From positions 1-50,224 of the forward strand of contig JBIKUX010000020.1 of NCBI GenBank assembly GCA_044347345.1: DNA of 50,224 nt, read 5' to 3'. Each line of letters opens with the position of its first letter. The first letter of the stretch is position 1. Source of the stretch: Bdellovibrionota bacterium. GTDB taxonomy: Bacteria > Bdellovibrionota_C > UBA2361 > JBIKUX01. This document shows, in pieces, positions 1 to 8,856 of this stretch. The notes beneath the pieces are model-generated. The model searched no databases and was not told where the DNA came from. It saw nothing but the letters and a program-made list of their open reading frames with translations. The translations under genes were made by a program, and so were the position numbers.

Positions 1-335
1 ATTTTTGGGCATCTTGGTGTGTACCGTGTAGAGAATCTCTGCCTTGGATAACTTCTCTCACCAAAGAAATCACTAATATTCCATTAAAAGTAATTACTAT
101 AAACCTCGACGAAGATTGGGATTCTGCCCAAAAATTACTATCTGAGCTTAAAATTCAATCATTAAACGTTCTTAGAGACTCAAACGGAACTACTCCTGAA
201 AAGTATAAAGTCAAAACCATGCCCACCTCTTTTGTTATTGATCCAGCCGGTAAAATCATTGCCCGTATAGATGGCTTTACTGACAAAGAGAAAGTCGTAG
301 TAACAGATCTATTAAAATCCCTTCACAAAGAATAA
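1..335 (+). CDS. TlpA/ResA-family thiol-disulfide oxidoreductase, 5'-truncated by window edge (not in ORF track)
   Basis: Frame starting at nt 3 reads FWASWCVPCRESLPW...VITINLDED...YKVKTMPTSFVIDPAGKII...KE, stop TAA at 333-335; WCxxC motif and cis-Pro MPT motif. Confidence 0.9.
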   Translation, partial: FWASWCVPCRESLPWITSLTKEITNIPLKVITINLDEDWDSAQKLLSELKIQSLNVLRDSNGTTPEKYKVKTMPTSFVIDPAGKIIARIDGFTDKEKVVVTDLLKSLHKE

Positions 336-351
336 GAGCAGGAGAACTGTA

Positions 352-570
352 ATGAATCGCTTTCGGTGCATACTTTTAGCAATATTTATGATCACAAGTC
401 TTCCTTCATGTACTGACGTTAAGCCTTGGCAAAAAGGCAACTTAGCCCGCCAAACAATGTCTTTTGAACCTTATCCAGCTGAAGCTCAATTTAGGCGTCA
501 CGTATATCAATCACGAGAGGGAGCTAGTGGAGGATACGGTGTAGCAATAGGGGGATGTGGATGCAACTAG
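352..570 (+). CDS. DUF4266-family lipoprotein
   Basis: Lipobox-like LPSC, VKPWQKGNLA, SREGASGG, C-terminal GGCGCN; AGGAG upstream; typical position between TlpA and DUF3570. Confidence 0.85.
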   Translation: MNRFRCILLAIFMITSLPSCTDVKPWQKGNLARQTMSFEPYPAEAQFRRHVYQSREGASGGYGVAIGGCGCN

Positions 571-597
571 TCAAAGGGATTTCAAAATAAGGGCAGT

Positions 598-1707
598 ATG
601 CGGAATGGTTCTAAAATTCGATTATTAACGGAAGCAGTTATCGGCCTTCAAAGTGCGATGATAGCCAAAGAGGTGTCAGCACAACAATCACCAGTCGAGC
701 CAATGATCGAATTTTCTACTTTTTTTTATGAAGACTGGCAACGTGGCAGCCAAGATAGAATGCAAGTTTTTGCACCAGTATCATATTTTCAACTGCCACT
801 GAGTGAATCATGGAGCACACGAGGAAGTGTAGTTTACGATTCTATGTCAGGTGCCTCACCTATGTATCACGATACGCTATCTGGCGCTTCTGGCCTTGGC
901 ATTGAGGATAATCGGTGGGCTGGTAATTTAATGTTAACAAAGGGTTTTGAGGGATTTGACTTATCCGTAGGACTTGAAACCTCCAGTGAGGATGACTTTA
1001 CAGCCTATGGTGGCTCATTAGCATCTACAGTTTGGTCAGCTGATAAAAATTCTTCTTTGCAATTTGGATTTAGTCATGGCTACGATGAGATAACATCAAC
1101 AAATAATCCTCTTCTAGACGAAAATAGACAAACTTGGGGTGGTTTAGTTGGAGTGACGCAAGTTTTATCAAAATCTTCAATTATTCAGTTTAATCTCTCC
1201 TATTCCACCTCTGATGGGTATCTAACAGACCAATACAAAAGTAATGACAAAAGACCAGCAAGCCGAGATATGTATGCGGCCTTGGCAAGATACAATCATT
1301 TTTTTTCAGATTATAATGGCTCTCTTCATGTTGATTTTCGAACCTATTACGATTCATGGGATATCCGCAATCAAATGATTGAGCTCGCTTGGTATCAAGA
1401 GTTGGGTAGTACCTGGATTATTCGTCCGCTAGCTAGATATGTCACGCAAACAGAAGCATTTTTTTATAATCCTCTCTTTCCACCAGATACTTCCGGTTTT
1501 TTCTCGGCTGACCAGCGTATGGGAGGCTTTGGTGGCGTCAGTGGGGGCTTAAAATTTGTTTACAAGTTAAGTAAGTCGCTCGACCTTACAGCTCTTTATG
1601 AATATTTTCACCAAAGATCAAACCTCTCACTTGGAACGCCTGGATCAGCTTCAATACCCCCTTTAAGTGGTCATATTTATGGCATCGGTCTTATTACCAG
1701 ATGGTGA
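598..1707 (+). CDS. DUF3570-family outer-membrane beta-barrel protein, putative FMNylation target
   Basis: DSMSGAS and DTLSGAS motifs, GYLTDQYK, RPASR, amphipathic strand pattern, terminal Trp; context with DUF4266 and ApbE. Confidence 0.85.
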   Translation: MRNGSKIRLLTEAVIGLQSAMIAKEVSAQQSPVEPMIEFSTFFYEDWQRGSQDRMQVFAPVSYFQLPLSESWSTRGSVVYDSMSGASPMYHDTLSGASGLGIEDNRWAGNLMLTKGFEGFDLSVGLETSSEDDFTAYGGSLASTVWSADKNSSLQFGFSHGYDEITSTNNPLLDENRQTWGGLVGVTQVLSKSSIIQFNLSYSTSDGYLTDQYKSNDKRPASRDMYAALARYNHFFSDYNGSLHVDFRTYYDSWDIRNQMIELAWYQELGSTWIIRPLARYVTQTEAFFYNPLFPPDTSGFFSADQRMGGFGGVSGGLKFVYKLSKSLDLTALYEYFHQRSNLSLGTPGSASIPPLSGHIYGIGLITRW

Positions 1708-2581
1708 TAGATTAATTGCTTCATTTCCTGTTATGGGAGGAAGTGGTGAGATTATAATTGAATCTACCACCCTGAAGGAAGCTAAGATTGCATGTGACAC
1801 AGCTATTAAAAAAATCTATTCACTTGAGCTTAAATTTTCACGATACCTTGATACAAGTTGGCTAAGCACACTCAATCTCTTAGCTGAGAAAAAAGCTGTT
1901 CCGGTAGATCATGAAATATTCAATATACTCAAGTTAATTGATGCAACATTTGAAATAAGTAATGGAGCATTTGATCCCACATCCGGAGTACTTAGAAGAG
2001 TATGGGATTTCTCCAAGGCAAAGATTCCACCTAAAGAAGAAATCGAAAGTCTTCTAGCCTTAATCGGTTGGAAAAAAGTTAAATGGGATGAAAATTCCAT
2101 ATATTTGCCGCAAAAAGGGATGGAACTAGATTTTGGTGGTCTAGTGAAAGAGTATGCAGTTGATGTAGCGTGTCATACACTTACAGCACTTGGCTTTAAT
2201 CACGCTCTTGTCAACTTGGGAGGTGATGTTGCAGTTACAGGACCTCGCTTAGACGGGCTACCGTGGCAAATTGGCATAAAAAGTCCTTATGATCGAAGTA
2301 GTTTACATGGGCTTAAGCAAGTTATTAATCTTAGCTGCGGTAGTATCGCTACTAGCGGTGATTATGAAAGGTATTTCATTGATGAAGAAGGAATTCGTTA
2401 TTCACATATCCTTGACCCACGAACGGGATACCCCATCAAAGACTCCTTTAGATCAATATCTGTTTTACATTCCGGTGGCTGCGTAACTGCGGGTCTCCTA
2501 GCAACAACTGCCATCCTTCTCGGTCGAATCAAAGGTGGCGAACTTCTAGATACCGAAGACCTAAATTGGTTCGCCGTTTAA
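1667..2581 (+). CDS. apbE: FAD:protein FMN transferase (ApbE); start uncertain (1667 or 1679)
   Basis: GAFDPT, LDFGGLVKEYAVD, NLGGD, ATSGDYERYF, RYSHILDPRTG motifs. Confidence 0.93.
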   Translation: MVIFMASVLLPDGDRLIASFPVMGGSGEIIIESTTLKEAKIACDTAIKKIYSLELKFSRYLDTSWLSTLNLLAEKKAVPVDHEIFNILKLIDATFEISNGAFDPTSGVLRRVWDFSKAKIPPKEEIESLLALIGWKKVKWDENSIYLPQKGMELDFGGLVKEYAVDVACHTLTALGFNHALVNLGGDVAVTGPRLDGLPWQIGIKSPYDRSSLHGLKQVINLSCGSIATSGDYERYFIDEEGIRYSHILDPRTGYPIKDSFRSISVLHSGGCVTAGLLATTAILLGRIKGGELLDTEDLNWFAV

Positions 2582-2604
2582 GCTAAATATTTGCCACCGG
2601 TGTA

Positions 2605-3270
2605 TTAGTTTAGAGCTCTAGTGGGATGTCTCAAGCAAAGCCTGGCAAGCGGGTCATTTGATGAATTGGGAGAATCAGCGAGCTTAACCGTAATTCTGGT
2701 TACTCCCCGAAACAAAGAGGAGTACCCTGAGGCACCCAAGCAATGGACTTTGGCCTTCCTGCTACCACTTGCTACATTTAAAACTTTTTGAGCTTTAAAG
2801 GCACTACACTTGTTTAAAGCCAGCACGTCTCGCTCAAAAGCAGAGCAACCGTTCATACCCTCTCTAGGCCAGCGGTCTCGATTCTCTCCGTCTCGCACAA
2901 CAGCACTAAAAGAGTTCAAATATCTTCCGGAAAGAATCACAGCGGCGTTACCATCACACTCAGTAACAGCCGGACGGTATTGTATTGATCGATTTACATC
3001 GTTAGGACAAACACAAGGAGCAAAAAAAGCACCCTGACAGTACTTAGGCTTTCGGCCTAACTTTTGCATTGGTTTAAGTTCGCTAAGTATCTGCTCTACA
3101 GTCCACTCACCGCTAAAGCGAGCCCGACTCTGATAATCAGACACCTGAGCATTAGACTTTGCAGGAACAAGCAAAGTAGTGGATGGCAAAATCGCTAAAG
3201 CTGTAACTAAGAAAAGTTTTACTGCTGAGATTTTTGGAAACCAAAATATTTTTTTATTTTTACAAACCAT
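2605..3270 (-). CDS. Secreted Cys-rich hypothetical protein
   Basis: 221-aa ORF with signal-peptide-like N-terminus (…AKSNA|Q) and 8 Cys in the mature part. Confidence 0.65.
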   Translation of the reverse strand: MVCKNKKIFWFPKISAVKLFLVTALAILPSTTLLVPAKSNAQVSDYQSRARFSGEWTVEQILSELKPMQKLGRKPKYCQGAFFAPCVCPNDVNRSIQYRPAVTECDGNAAVILSGRYLNSFSAVVRDGENRDRWPREGMNGCSAFERDVLALNKCSAFKAQKVLNVASGSRKAKVHCLGASGYSSLFRGVTRITVKLADSPNSSNDPLARLCLRHPTRALN

Positions 3271-3331
3271 TTTGACTACTTTAATGACATAAAATTAGAA
3301 TCGTCGTGGAATAACATTTTCCACTAATTTT

Positions 3332-4723
3332 TCAAAGGAGAGATATACGATCATACTCTCCAAATTTTACAAGCAGATGCGTAATATATTCAAATCCCGC
3401 TTCAAATTGGGAAAATGAGAACGATTCATTCGGAGAATGCATCCCGTCTTTAGCTAAACTAAATCCTAGCAGTAGCGGCATTGCCCCTGTAGCAAAACTT
3501 AAATCTCCAATTATTGGAATACTCCCACCACTCCATTCATAATTCGGAGGCCGGTTTAACAAGTCACAAGCAACTTGTTTAGCGATTACTAAAGGCTTCT
3601 CACTAGGATCAATAGTAACTGCACTACCTGCAATCAAGCGATTAGAGACCGAAGCGTTTAATCCTGATGAAATAAAACTTAGCAAGTATTTTTCTACTAG
3701 TTCGAGCATTTTTGCTGGCGATTGTCCTCTAGCTGACCGACCTAAAATTTTAGCTGTGGCCATCTTAGGTATTATCGCTTTTTGGCCTTTCCCCGTATAT
3801 CCACCATGCATACCTGTAATTTCAAGAGTAGGACGTAAGCCACATCTAACTAGAGGAGGCACTCCCTTCTCTCCCCATATTGGAGGCACTCCGATTTCCT
3901 CTTCATAAGCAGAGGAGGAAAATTTCATTTCTGTTAAAAAACTCTCTTCTAATTCTGACAAAGGCGAAATATCATCATAAAAACCGGGCACTAATACATC
4001 CCCCCCTTTGTCCGAAAAACAACCGGCAATTATTTTTGCCAAGCCTACCAGTGGATTTGGCGCCAGACCGCCATGTAGCCCTGAGTGAAGATCACTTTTA
4101 GCCCCGCTTACTGTTAGTTCTAATGAAAAAACACCCCTAAAACCTAATACAATACAAGGTATTTTTGGCTCTGGCGCAGAAAGGTCACACACCAAAAGCA
4201 CATCAGCCGTGATACCGAGGGAGTTGTTACGTAAAATTTCTGCTAAACCAGTACTACCACATTCTTCTTCACCTTCAATAAGCACCGTAACTGGATTGCG
4301 CAAAGAACCTAGAGCATAGCACGCTTCTAGTGCGCTCAAGGTCATCCACAACTGGCCTTTGTTATCTACTGCACCGCGAGCATACAAACGATCCTCTCGC
4401 TGTGTTGGCTCAAAGGGTGGTGAAATCCACTCATCCAGCGGGTCTGGAGGCTGCACATCATAGTGGCCATAAACAAGAATGTGGGGCAGATTTGAATCTC
4501 CTGAAAGTGTCCCTACTACAAGAGGTAAAGTAGTAGTTTGTTGAACTCTGGCCTTGAAACCCTTGGACGAAAGCTTCTCACCTAACCACTGAGCACAGTC
4601 GATACATTCGGTGCGGTAATTAGGATCAGTACTAACAGATCGGAAACGGAGAAACTCGTACCACTCGTCAAAAAAATTTTTTTTGTGTGAAGCAAAAAAT
4701 TTACTTACTTTTTCCTTATCCAC
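3332..4723 (-). CDS. M20-family metallopeptidase/dipeptidase (ArgE/DapE/CNDP-like)
   Basis: YGHYDVQP, ARGAVDNKGQ, EGEEECGS, DLHSG, MHSPNE motifs. Start reassigned from 4888 to GTG at 4723 because AGGAG precedes it and it removes the overlap with pal. Confidence 0.88.
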   Translation of the reverse strand: MDKEKVSKFFASHKKNFFDEWYEFLRFRSVSTDPNYRTECIDCAQWLGEKLSSKGFKARVQQTTTLPLVVGTLSGDSNLPHILVYGHYDVQPPDPLDEWISPPFEPTQREDRLYARGAVDNKGQLWMTLSALEACYALGSLRNPVTVLIEGEEECGSTGLAEILRNNSLGITADVLLVCDLSAPEPKIPCIVLGFRGVFSLELTVSGAKSDLHSGLHGGLAPNPLVGLAKIIAGCFSDKGGDVLVPGFYDDISPLSELEESFLTEMKFSSSAYEEEIGVPPIWGEKGVPPLVRCGLRPTLEITGMHGGYTGKGQKAIIPKMATAKILGRSARGQSPAKMLELVEKYLLSFISSGLNASVSNRLIAGSAVTIDPSEKPLVIAKQVACDLLNRPPNYEWSGGSIPIIGDLSFATGAMPLLLGFSLAKDGMHSPNESFSFSQFEAGFEYITHLLVKFGEYDRISLL

Positions 4724-4862
4724 CCTAGCTCCTATCTTGTGCGACTTAAGATCATCCTTGTAGACTACCGGGTAATTCGGCGTAGATAGTTCGTCAAATT
4801 TCCTTAAACGAACGTGCCAATAACCAAGCACAATAGCATAACAGGACAACTTAAAGGTATGT

Positions 4863-5438
4863 ATGAAACAAACTGATTCTTCTCGCAATCATTCACCTAT
4901 TATTAATTACAGATCACCCCGGTCACTTTACCGTTTGGTTAGAGTTATAAGCGTTTTAGTAACTCTCAGCTTAGTGCTAGCCGCCTGCTCATCAAAGAGC
5001 GGTTCTAAATCTGGAAGTGGTGATGGTCTACTGGAAGGAGATCTTGATGCAAAAAGGGAAGGTAGATTTGGTGACGGTTCAATTCCTTCTGCTGAGGGCG
5101 AGGGATTATTTCGTGATGTATTTTTTGATTACGATTCAAGCTCCCTCTCATCTGAAGCTCGGCAGGATATTGAAGCAAATGCCACTATTTTAAAAGACCG
5201 TGATAATCTTCATGTTTCATTAGAAGGTCATTGTGACGAGCGAGGTACTGAAGAATATAATCTTCAGCTCGGTCAAGCTCGAGCGAGGGCTGTGCGAGAT
5301 TACTTAGTGTCACTAGGAATAGCACCTAACCGCCTCGACACGATAAGCTACGGAGAGAATATCCCCCTCGATCCTAGCCATAGTGAAGAAGCTTGGGCTA
5401 GAAATCGTCGTACTCACTTTTCAGCCACAACCCGGTAA
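4863..5438 (+). CDS. pal: Peptidoglycan-associated lipoprotein (OmpA-like domain)
   Basis: Lipobox LAAC-SSK; FFDYDSS, EGHCDERGTEEYNLQLGQARA, ISYGE, NRR. Confidence 0.92.
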   Translation: MKQTDSSRNHSPIINYRSPRSLYRLVRVISVLVTLSLVLAACSSKSGSKSGSGDGLLEGDLDAKREGRFGDGSIPSAEGEGLFRDVFFDYDSSSLSSEARQDIEANATILKDRDNLHVSLEGHCDERGTEEYNLQLGQARARAVRDYLVSLGIAPNRLDTISYGENIPLDPSHSEEAWARNRRTHFSATTR

Positions 5439-5495
5439 AATAAACGCGATAAAAAATTATCGAGAAAAGTTTTTTATAAAAGTTGCTAACTAGTT

Positions 5496-5525
5496 TTGCT
5501 TTTCTCCGGCAATAAACGGTACAAT
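5496..5525 (+). promoter_or_regulatory. Candidate sigma70 promoter for dxs
   Basis: TTGCTT (5496-5501), 18-nt spacer, TACAAT (5520-5525), 23 nt upstream of the dxs ORF. Confidence 0.4.
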
Positions 5526-5548
5526 CACTGGGATTACCTACTAAGACC

Positions 5549-7594
5549 TTGTTAAATCTTGTTATCAGGCGCCCTGTGGTTGTACCAACTTCTTCTTTAT
5601 CTCTCTCTTCATTAGAACTCCCTGAAGGACTAAGAGGCTTAACTCCCTCCGAACTAAAAGATGTGTGCTCACTTGTAAGAACTGAGCTCATAAATTCTGT
5701 ATCTCGTTCCGGAGGGCACTTCGCTTCAAGCTTAGGAGCCACTGAAATTACAGTAGCACTTCATCACCTGTTTCAAACTCCCTATGATAAATTAATTTGG
5801 GATACCGGCCATCAATGTTACATCCATAAAATGTTAACTGGTCGGCGTGACCAGATGGGCTCGATAAGACAGAGGGGCGGCCTTTCTGGTTTCTTGCGCC
5901 GAGATGAGAGTAACTTTGATGCATTTGGTGCTGGTCATGCTGGTACAAGCATATCTGCTGGCGTTGGCATACGTGTAGCTCTCGACCGTACTAGTCCTGA
6001 AAGATATGTAATAGCAATCATTGGAGACGGCTCTCTCACCTCTGGTATGGCTTTTGAAGCTCTTAACCATGCAGGAGACCTAGGACTAAAGAGATTCATC
6101 GTTGTTCTAAACGACAATGATATGTCAATATCGCCCAACGTAGGTGCTGTAAGTTGGCTCTTTTCGAGAGCAGTCACATCCTCGTTATCGAATCGAGCTC
6201 GTCACAGCTTTAAATCTCTATATCGTAAGGGTTATGTCCCTCCACTTCTATATAAGGCTGTAGACAGAGCCGAAGAAGCCGCTCAAACTTTCTTTGCCAC
6301 TCCTGCCATGTTATTTGAATCCTTTGGATTCAGATATATCGGACCGATAGATGGCAATAATATTGATGACCTTCTGGTGGCGTTTAATCGCGCCCGAACT
6401 CAAGATGTTCCGGTAGTAGTGCATGCTCGCACCACTAAAGGTAAAGGCTATATATCGGCTGAAGATGACCCTATAAGCTGGCATGCTGTTAAACCTTTCA
6501 CCCCTGAGTTAAAAGAACAAGAAAACAAAAAACAAGATTTAGAAGAATCTATCGTCGTAACTTCTCCTGGAAACCTTTCAAAAGTAGCTGTAGTTAAACA
6601 ACCTACTCCCCCTACGTATACACAAGTATTTGCCGATACAATGGTTACTATCTGCAAACATGATCCAAAGGTAATTGGTATTACTGCAGCCATGGCAGAA
6701 GGTACTGGTCTTGAGTTACTGCGTAAGGAAGTTCCAGAAAACTTTTTTGATGTAGGAATTTGTGAACAACATGCCATTACCTTCGCCGCTGGCTTGGCTT
6801 GTGAGGGTTATCTACCAGTATGTGCTATTTATTCAACTTTTCTACAACGTGGATTCGATCAATTAATTCATGATGTCTGTATTCAAAACCTTCCTGTAGT
6901 GTTTGCGCTAGACCGAGCAGGTTTGGTTGGTAATGATGGAGAAACCCATCAAGGTCAGTTTGATATCTCCTTTTTAAGGTGCATCCCTGATTTAGTCCTT
7001 ATGGCACCATCTAACGAAGAAGAGCTGAGACATCTACTTTTTACAGCACTATCACTTCGTCAACCTGTTGTTATTCGTTACCCTCGTGGAATTGGAACAG
7101 GCGTAGCCCTAAGTGATTCACTAAAGTTAATTTCAGTTGGAAAGGGTGAAGTTCTTAAACAAGGAGATACCTGCCTACTGCTAAATTACGGAACTACCTT
7201 AAAATCAGTTGAGGAAGCCGCTTCAGAGTTAGAAAGCCGTTACGACATCACAAGTACTGTGGTAAATATGCGCTTTGCTAAACCACTTGACACTGCATTA
7301 CTAGCAACTCTAGTTCCCAAGCATAAACTAGTATGCACATTTGAAGATAATGCACTCATTGGTGGCTTTGGAAGTGCTGTATTAGAATCTATCAATGACC
7401 TCCGTGTCATGCCAAGTCGCCCGCTTCTACGGTTTGGTATAAGTGACCATTTTATAAGTCATGCAAGTCAACAAGAACAATATTCAGAAGAAGGATTAGA
7501 TACTGAAAATATAATCAAAAAAATTCGTGATGAACTTGCTTTACTTCCACTTACCGTTATTGACCAAACATCCTCTGTTCAACATGCAGGATAA
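5549..7594 (+). CDS. dxs: 1-deoxy-D-xylulose-5-phosphate synthase
   Basis: GGHFASSLG, WDTGHQCYIHK, GAGHAGTSIS, GDGSLTSGMAFEALN, GICEQHA, DRAGLVGNDGETHQG. Confidence 0.97.
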   Translation: MLNLVIRRPVVVPTSSLSLSSLELPEGLRGLTPSELKDVCSLVRTELINSVSRSGGHFASSLGATEITVALHHLFQTPYDKLIWDTGHQCYIHKMLTGRRDQMGSIRQRGGLSGFLRRDESNFDAFGAGHAGTSISAGVGIRVALDRTSPERYVIAIIGDGSLTSGMAFEALNHAGDLGLKRFIVVLNDNDMSISPNVGAVSWLFSRAVTSSLSNRARHSFKSLYRKGYVPPLLYKAVDRAEEAAQTFFATPAMLFESFGFRYIGPIDGNNIDDLLVAFNRARTQDVPVVVHARTTKGKGYISAEDDPISWHAVKPFTPELKEQENKKQDLEESIVVTSPGNLSKVAVVKQPTPPTYTQVFADTMVTICKHDPKVIGITAAMAEGTGLELLRKEVPENFFDVGICEQHAITFAAGLACEGYLPVCAIYSTFLQRGFDQLIHDVCIQNLPVVFALDRAGLVGNDGETHQGQFDISFLRCIPDLVLMAPSNEEELRHLLFTALSLRQPVVIRYPRGIGTGVALSDSLKLISVGKGEVLKQGDTCLLLNYGTTLKSVEEAASELESRYDITSTVVNMRFAKPLDTALLATLVPKHKLVCTFEDNALIGGFGSAVLESINDLRVMPSRPLLRFGISDHFISHASQQEQYSEEGLDTENIIKKIRDELALLPLTVIDQTSSVQHAG

Positions 7595-7668
7595 TCTATG
7601 TACAGGATGATCTAGGCAAGATGTAGACTCGCATGTTTAGTTTTATAGTACTACTTAGTTCCCCTTAC

Positions 7669-7941
7669 CTAAGAGGAGTTTTTTCTATAGGTAACAGTTG
7701 TATTTGGGCCAACTCCTACTAATTCAATTAAGCCTTGGCGAACAAAACCACTTAATACATTGTGAGACAATACTATTAAATCGTTTCGCTCTAATACACT
7801 GGCAAAACCTTGCTCTTGATTATAATGGTTCAAATAGTCGATTAGATCCTCAATCGTAAAAGTATGGTTTACGATTGTACGAAGGTAATCCTTTATGAGA
7901 ATAGAAAGAGCCTCACCACTATATTGATCAGCAGCTAACAT
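7669..7941 (-). CDS. Small hypothetical protein, possibly winged-helix
   Basis: 90 aa; C-terminal LSGFVRQGLIELVGVGPNTTVTY resembles a wHTH recognition helix plus wing; co-oriented downstream of uppP. Confidence 0.5.
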   Translation of the reverse strand: MLAADQYSGEALSILIKDYLRTIVNHTFTIEDLIDYLNHYNQEQGFASVLERNDLIVLSHNVLSGFVRQGLIELVGVGPNTTVTYRKNSS

Positions 7942-7968
7942 AAGTCTATTGCAAAAAGCCTTACTACT

Positions 7969-8823
7969 CTAATTAACCAACAAAAATATTCCAAGCATTA
8001 TTCTATACCATCCAAACGGGGCTAGAGTCCAGAATTTTAGAATTTTTATAAAAGTTTGAATAGCTATGATCGCAACAAAAAAAGATACAATAAACCCTGA
8101 ACAAAAAAGTGGAATGTCTTTTACCGAAAGAAATGATAAGCTTTTAAGCAGGTCATAACCAACTGCAATTATCATTACAGGCACCGCAACGATAAAAGAA
8201 AATTCTGCAGCAACTTTGCGATCTACCCCTGACAACAATCCCCCTATAATAGTAGATGCCGAACGAGACATTCCTGGCCACAAAGCTAAACATTGAAATA
8301 GTCCGATTTTAAGGGCATGCCCTATAGTGATGTCATCAAGGGAAATTACTCGCTCAGAAGAAATACTTGCATTATCAACACGCATCAATCTCCGGCGCTC
8401 TTCCTTGAATTCTAAAACTATCATTATCGCCCCACCTACAAGCAGAGCCCAAGCTACTGTATACACCGAGAATAAATTATTCCTGATAAATTCTCGCAAA
8501 AAAAATCCGAGTATAAATACGGGCAAGCAGGCCAATAGAAGAATAAAGCATCCTCTGAACCCACCAAAACCCGTTAACTTCGTATGCTCTTTGCTTACAA
8601 AACTTGGGCAAAGAGCATAAAATCTGCGTCTATACAACACTAGTGCCGCTAAAATTGCACCAAGCTGGATAAAGATCTGAAAAGTTTCTGCCCTTTCCCC
8701 CACAAAGTTAAAAATCTGCCCAGTAATGATTAAGTGACCAGTACTAGAAATCGGAAGAAATTCTGTTAATCCCTCAACAACTCCAAAAAGACTCCCTAGA
8801 ATTAAATCCGACAACATATACAC
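7969..8823 (-). CDS. uppP: Undecaprenyl-diphosphate phosphatase (BacA)
   Basis: VEGLTEFLPISSTGHL, IQLGAILA, QCLALWPGMSRS, AEFSF. Confidence 0.96.
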   Translation of the reverse strand: MYMLSDLILGSLFGVVEGLTEFLPISSTGHLIITGQIFNFVGERAETFQIFIQLGAILAALVLYRRRFYALCPSFVSKEHTKLTGFGGFRGCFILLLACLPVFILGFFLREFIRNNLFSVYTVAWALLVGGAIMIVLEFKEERRRLMRVDNASISSERVISLDDITIGHALKIGLFQCLALWPGMSRSASTIIGGLLSGVDRKVAAEFSFIVAVPVMIIAVGYDLLKSLSFLSVKDIPLFCSGFIVSFFVAIIAIQTFIKILKFWTLAPFGWYRIMLGIFLLVN

Positions 8824-8856
8824 ACACTCTGCTTAACTAATTCTTACTCTAATTAA

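Noticed and set aside
4724..4888. N-terminal extension of the M20 peptidase ORF overlapping pal
   Set aside because: An AGGAG-preceded GTG at 4723 gives a typical-length protein and frees the divergent promoter region.
5398..6777. Short antisense ORFs over dxs, and similar ones over typA, acnA, the pilins and other genes
   Set aside because: Largely nested opposite to or out of frame with well-supported genes, with no independent motifs.
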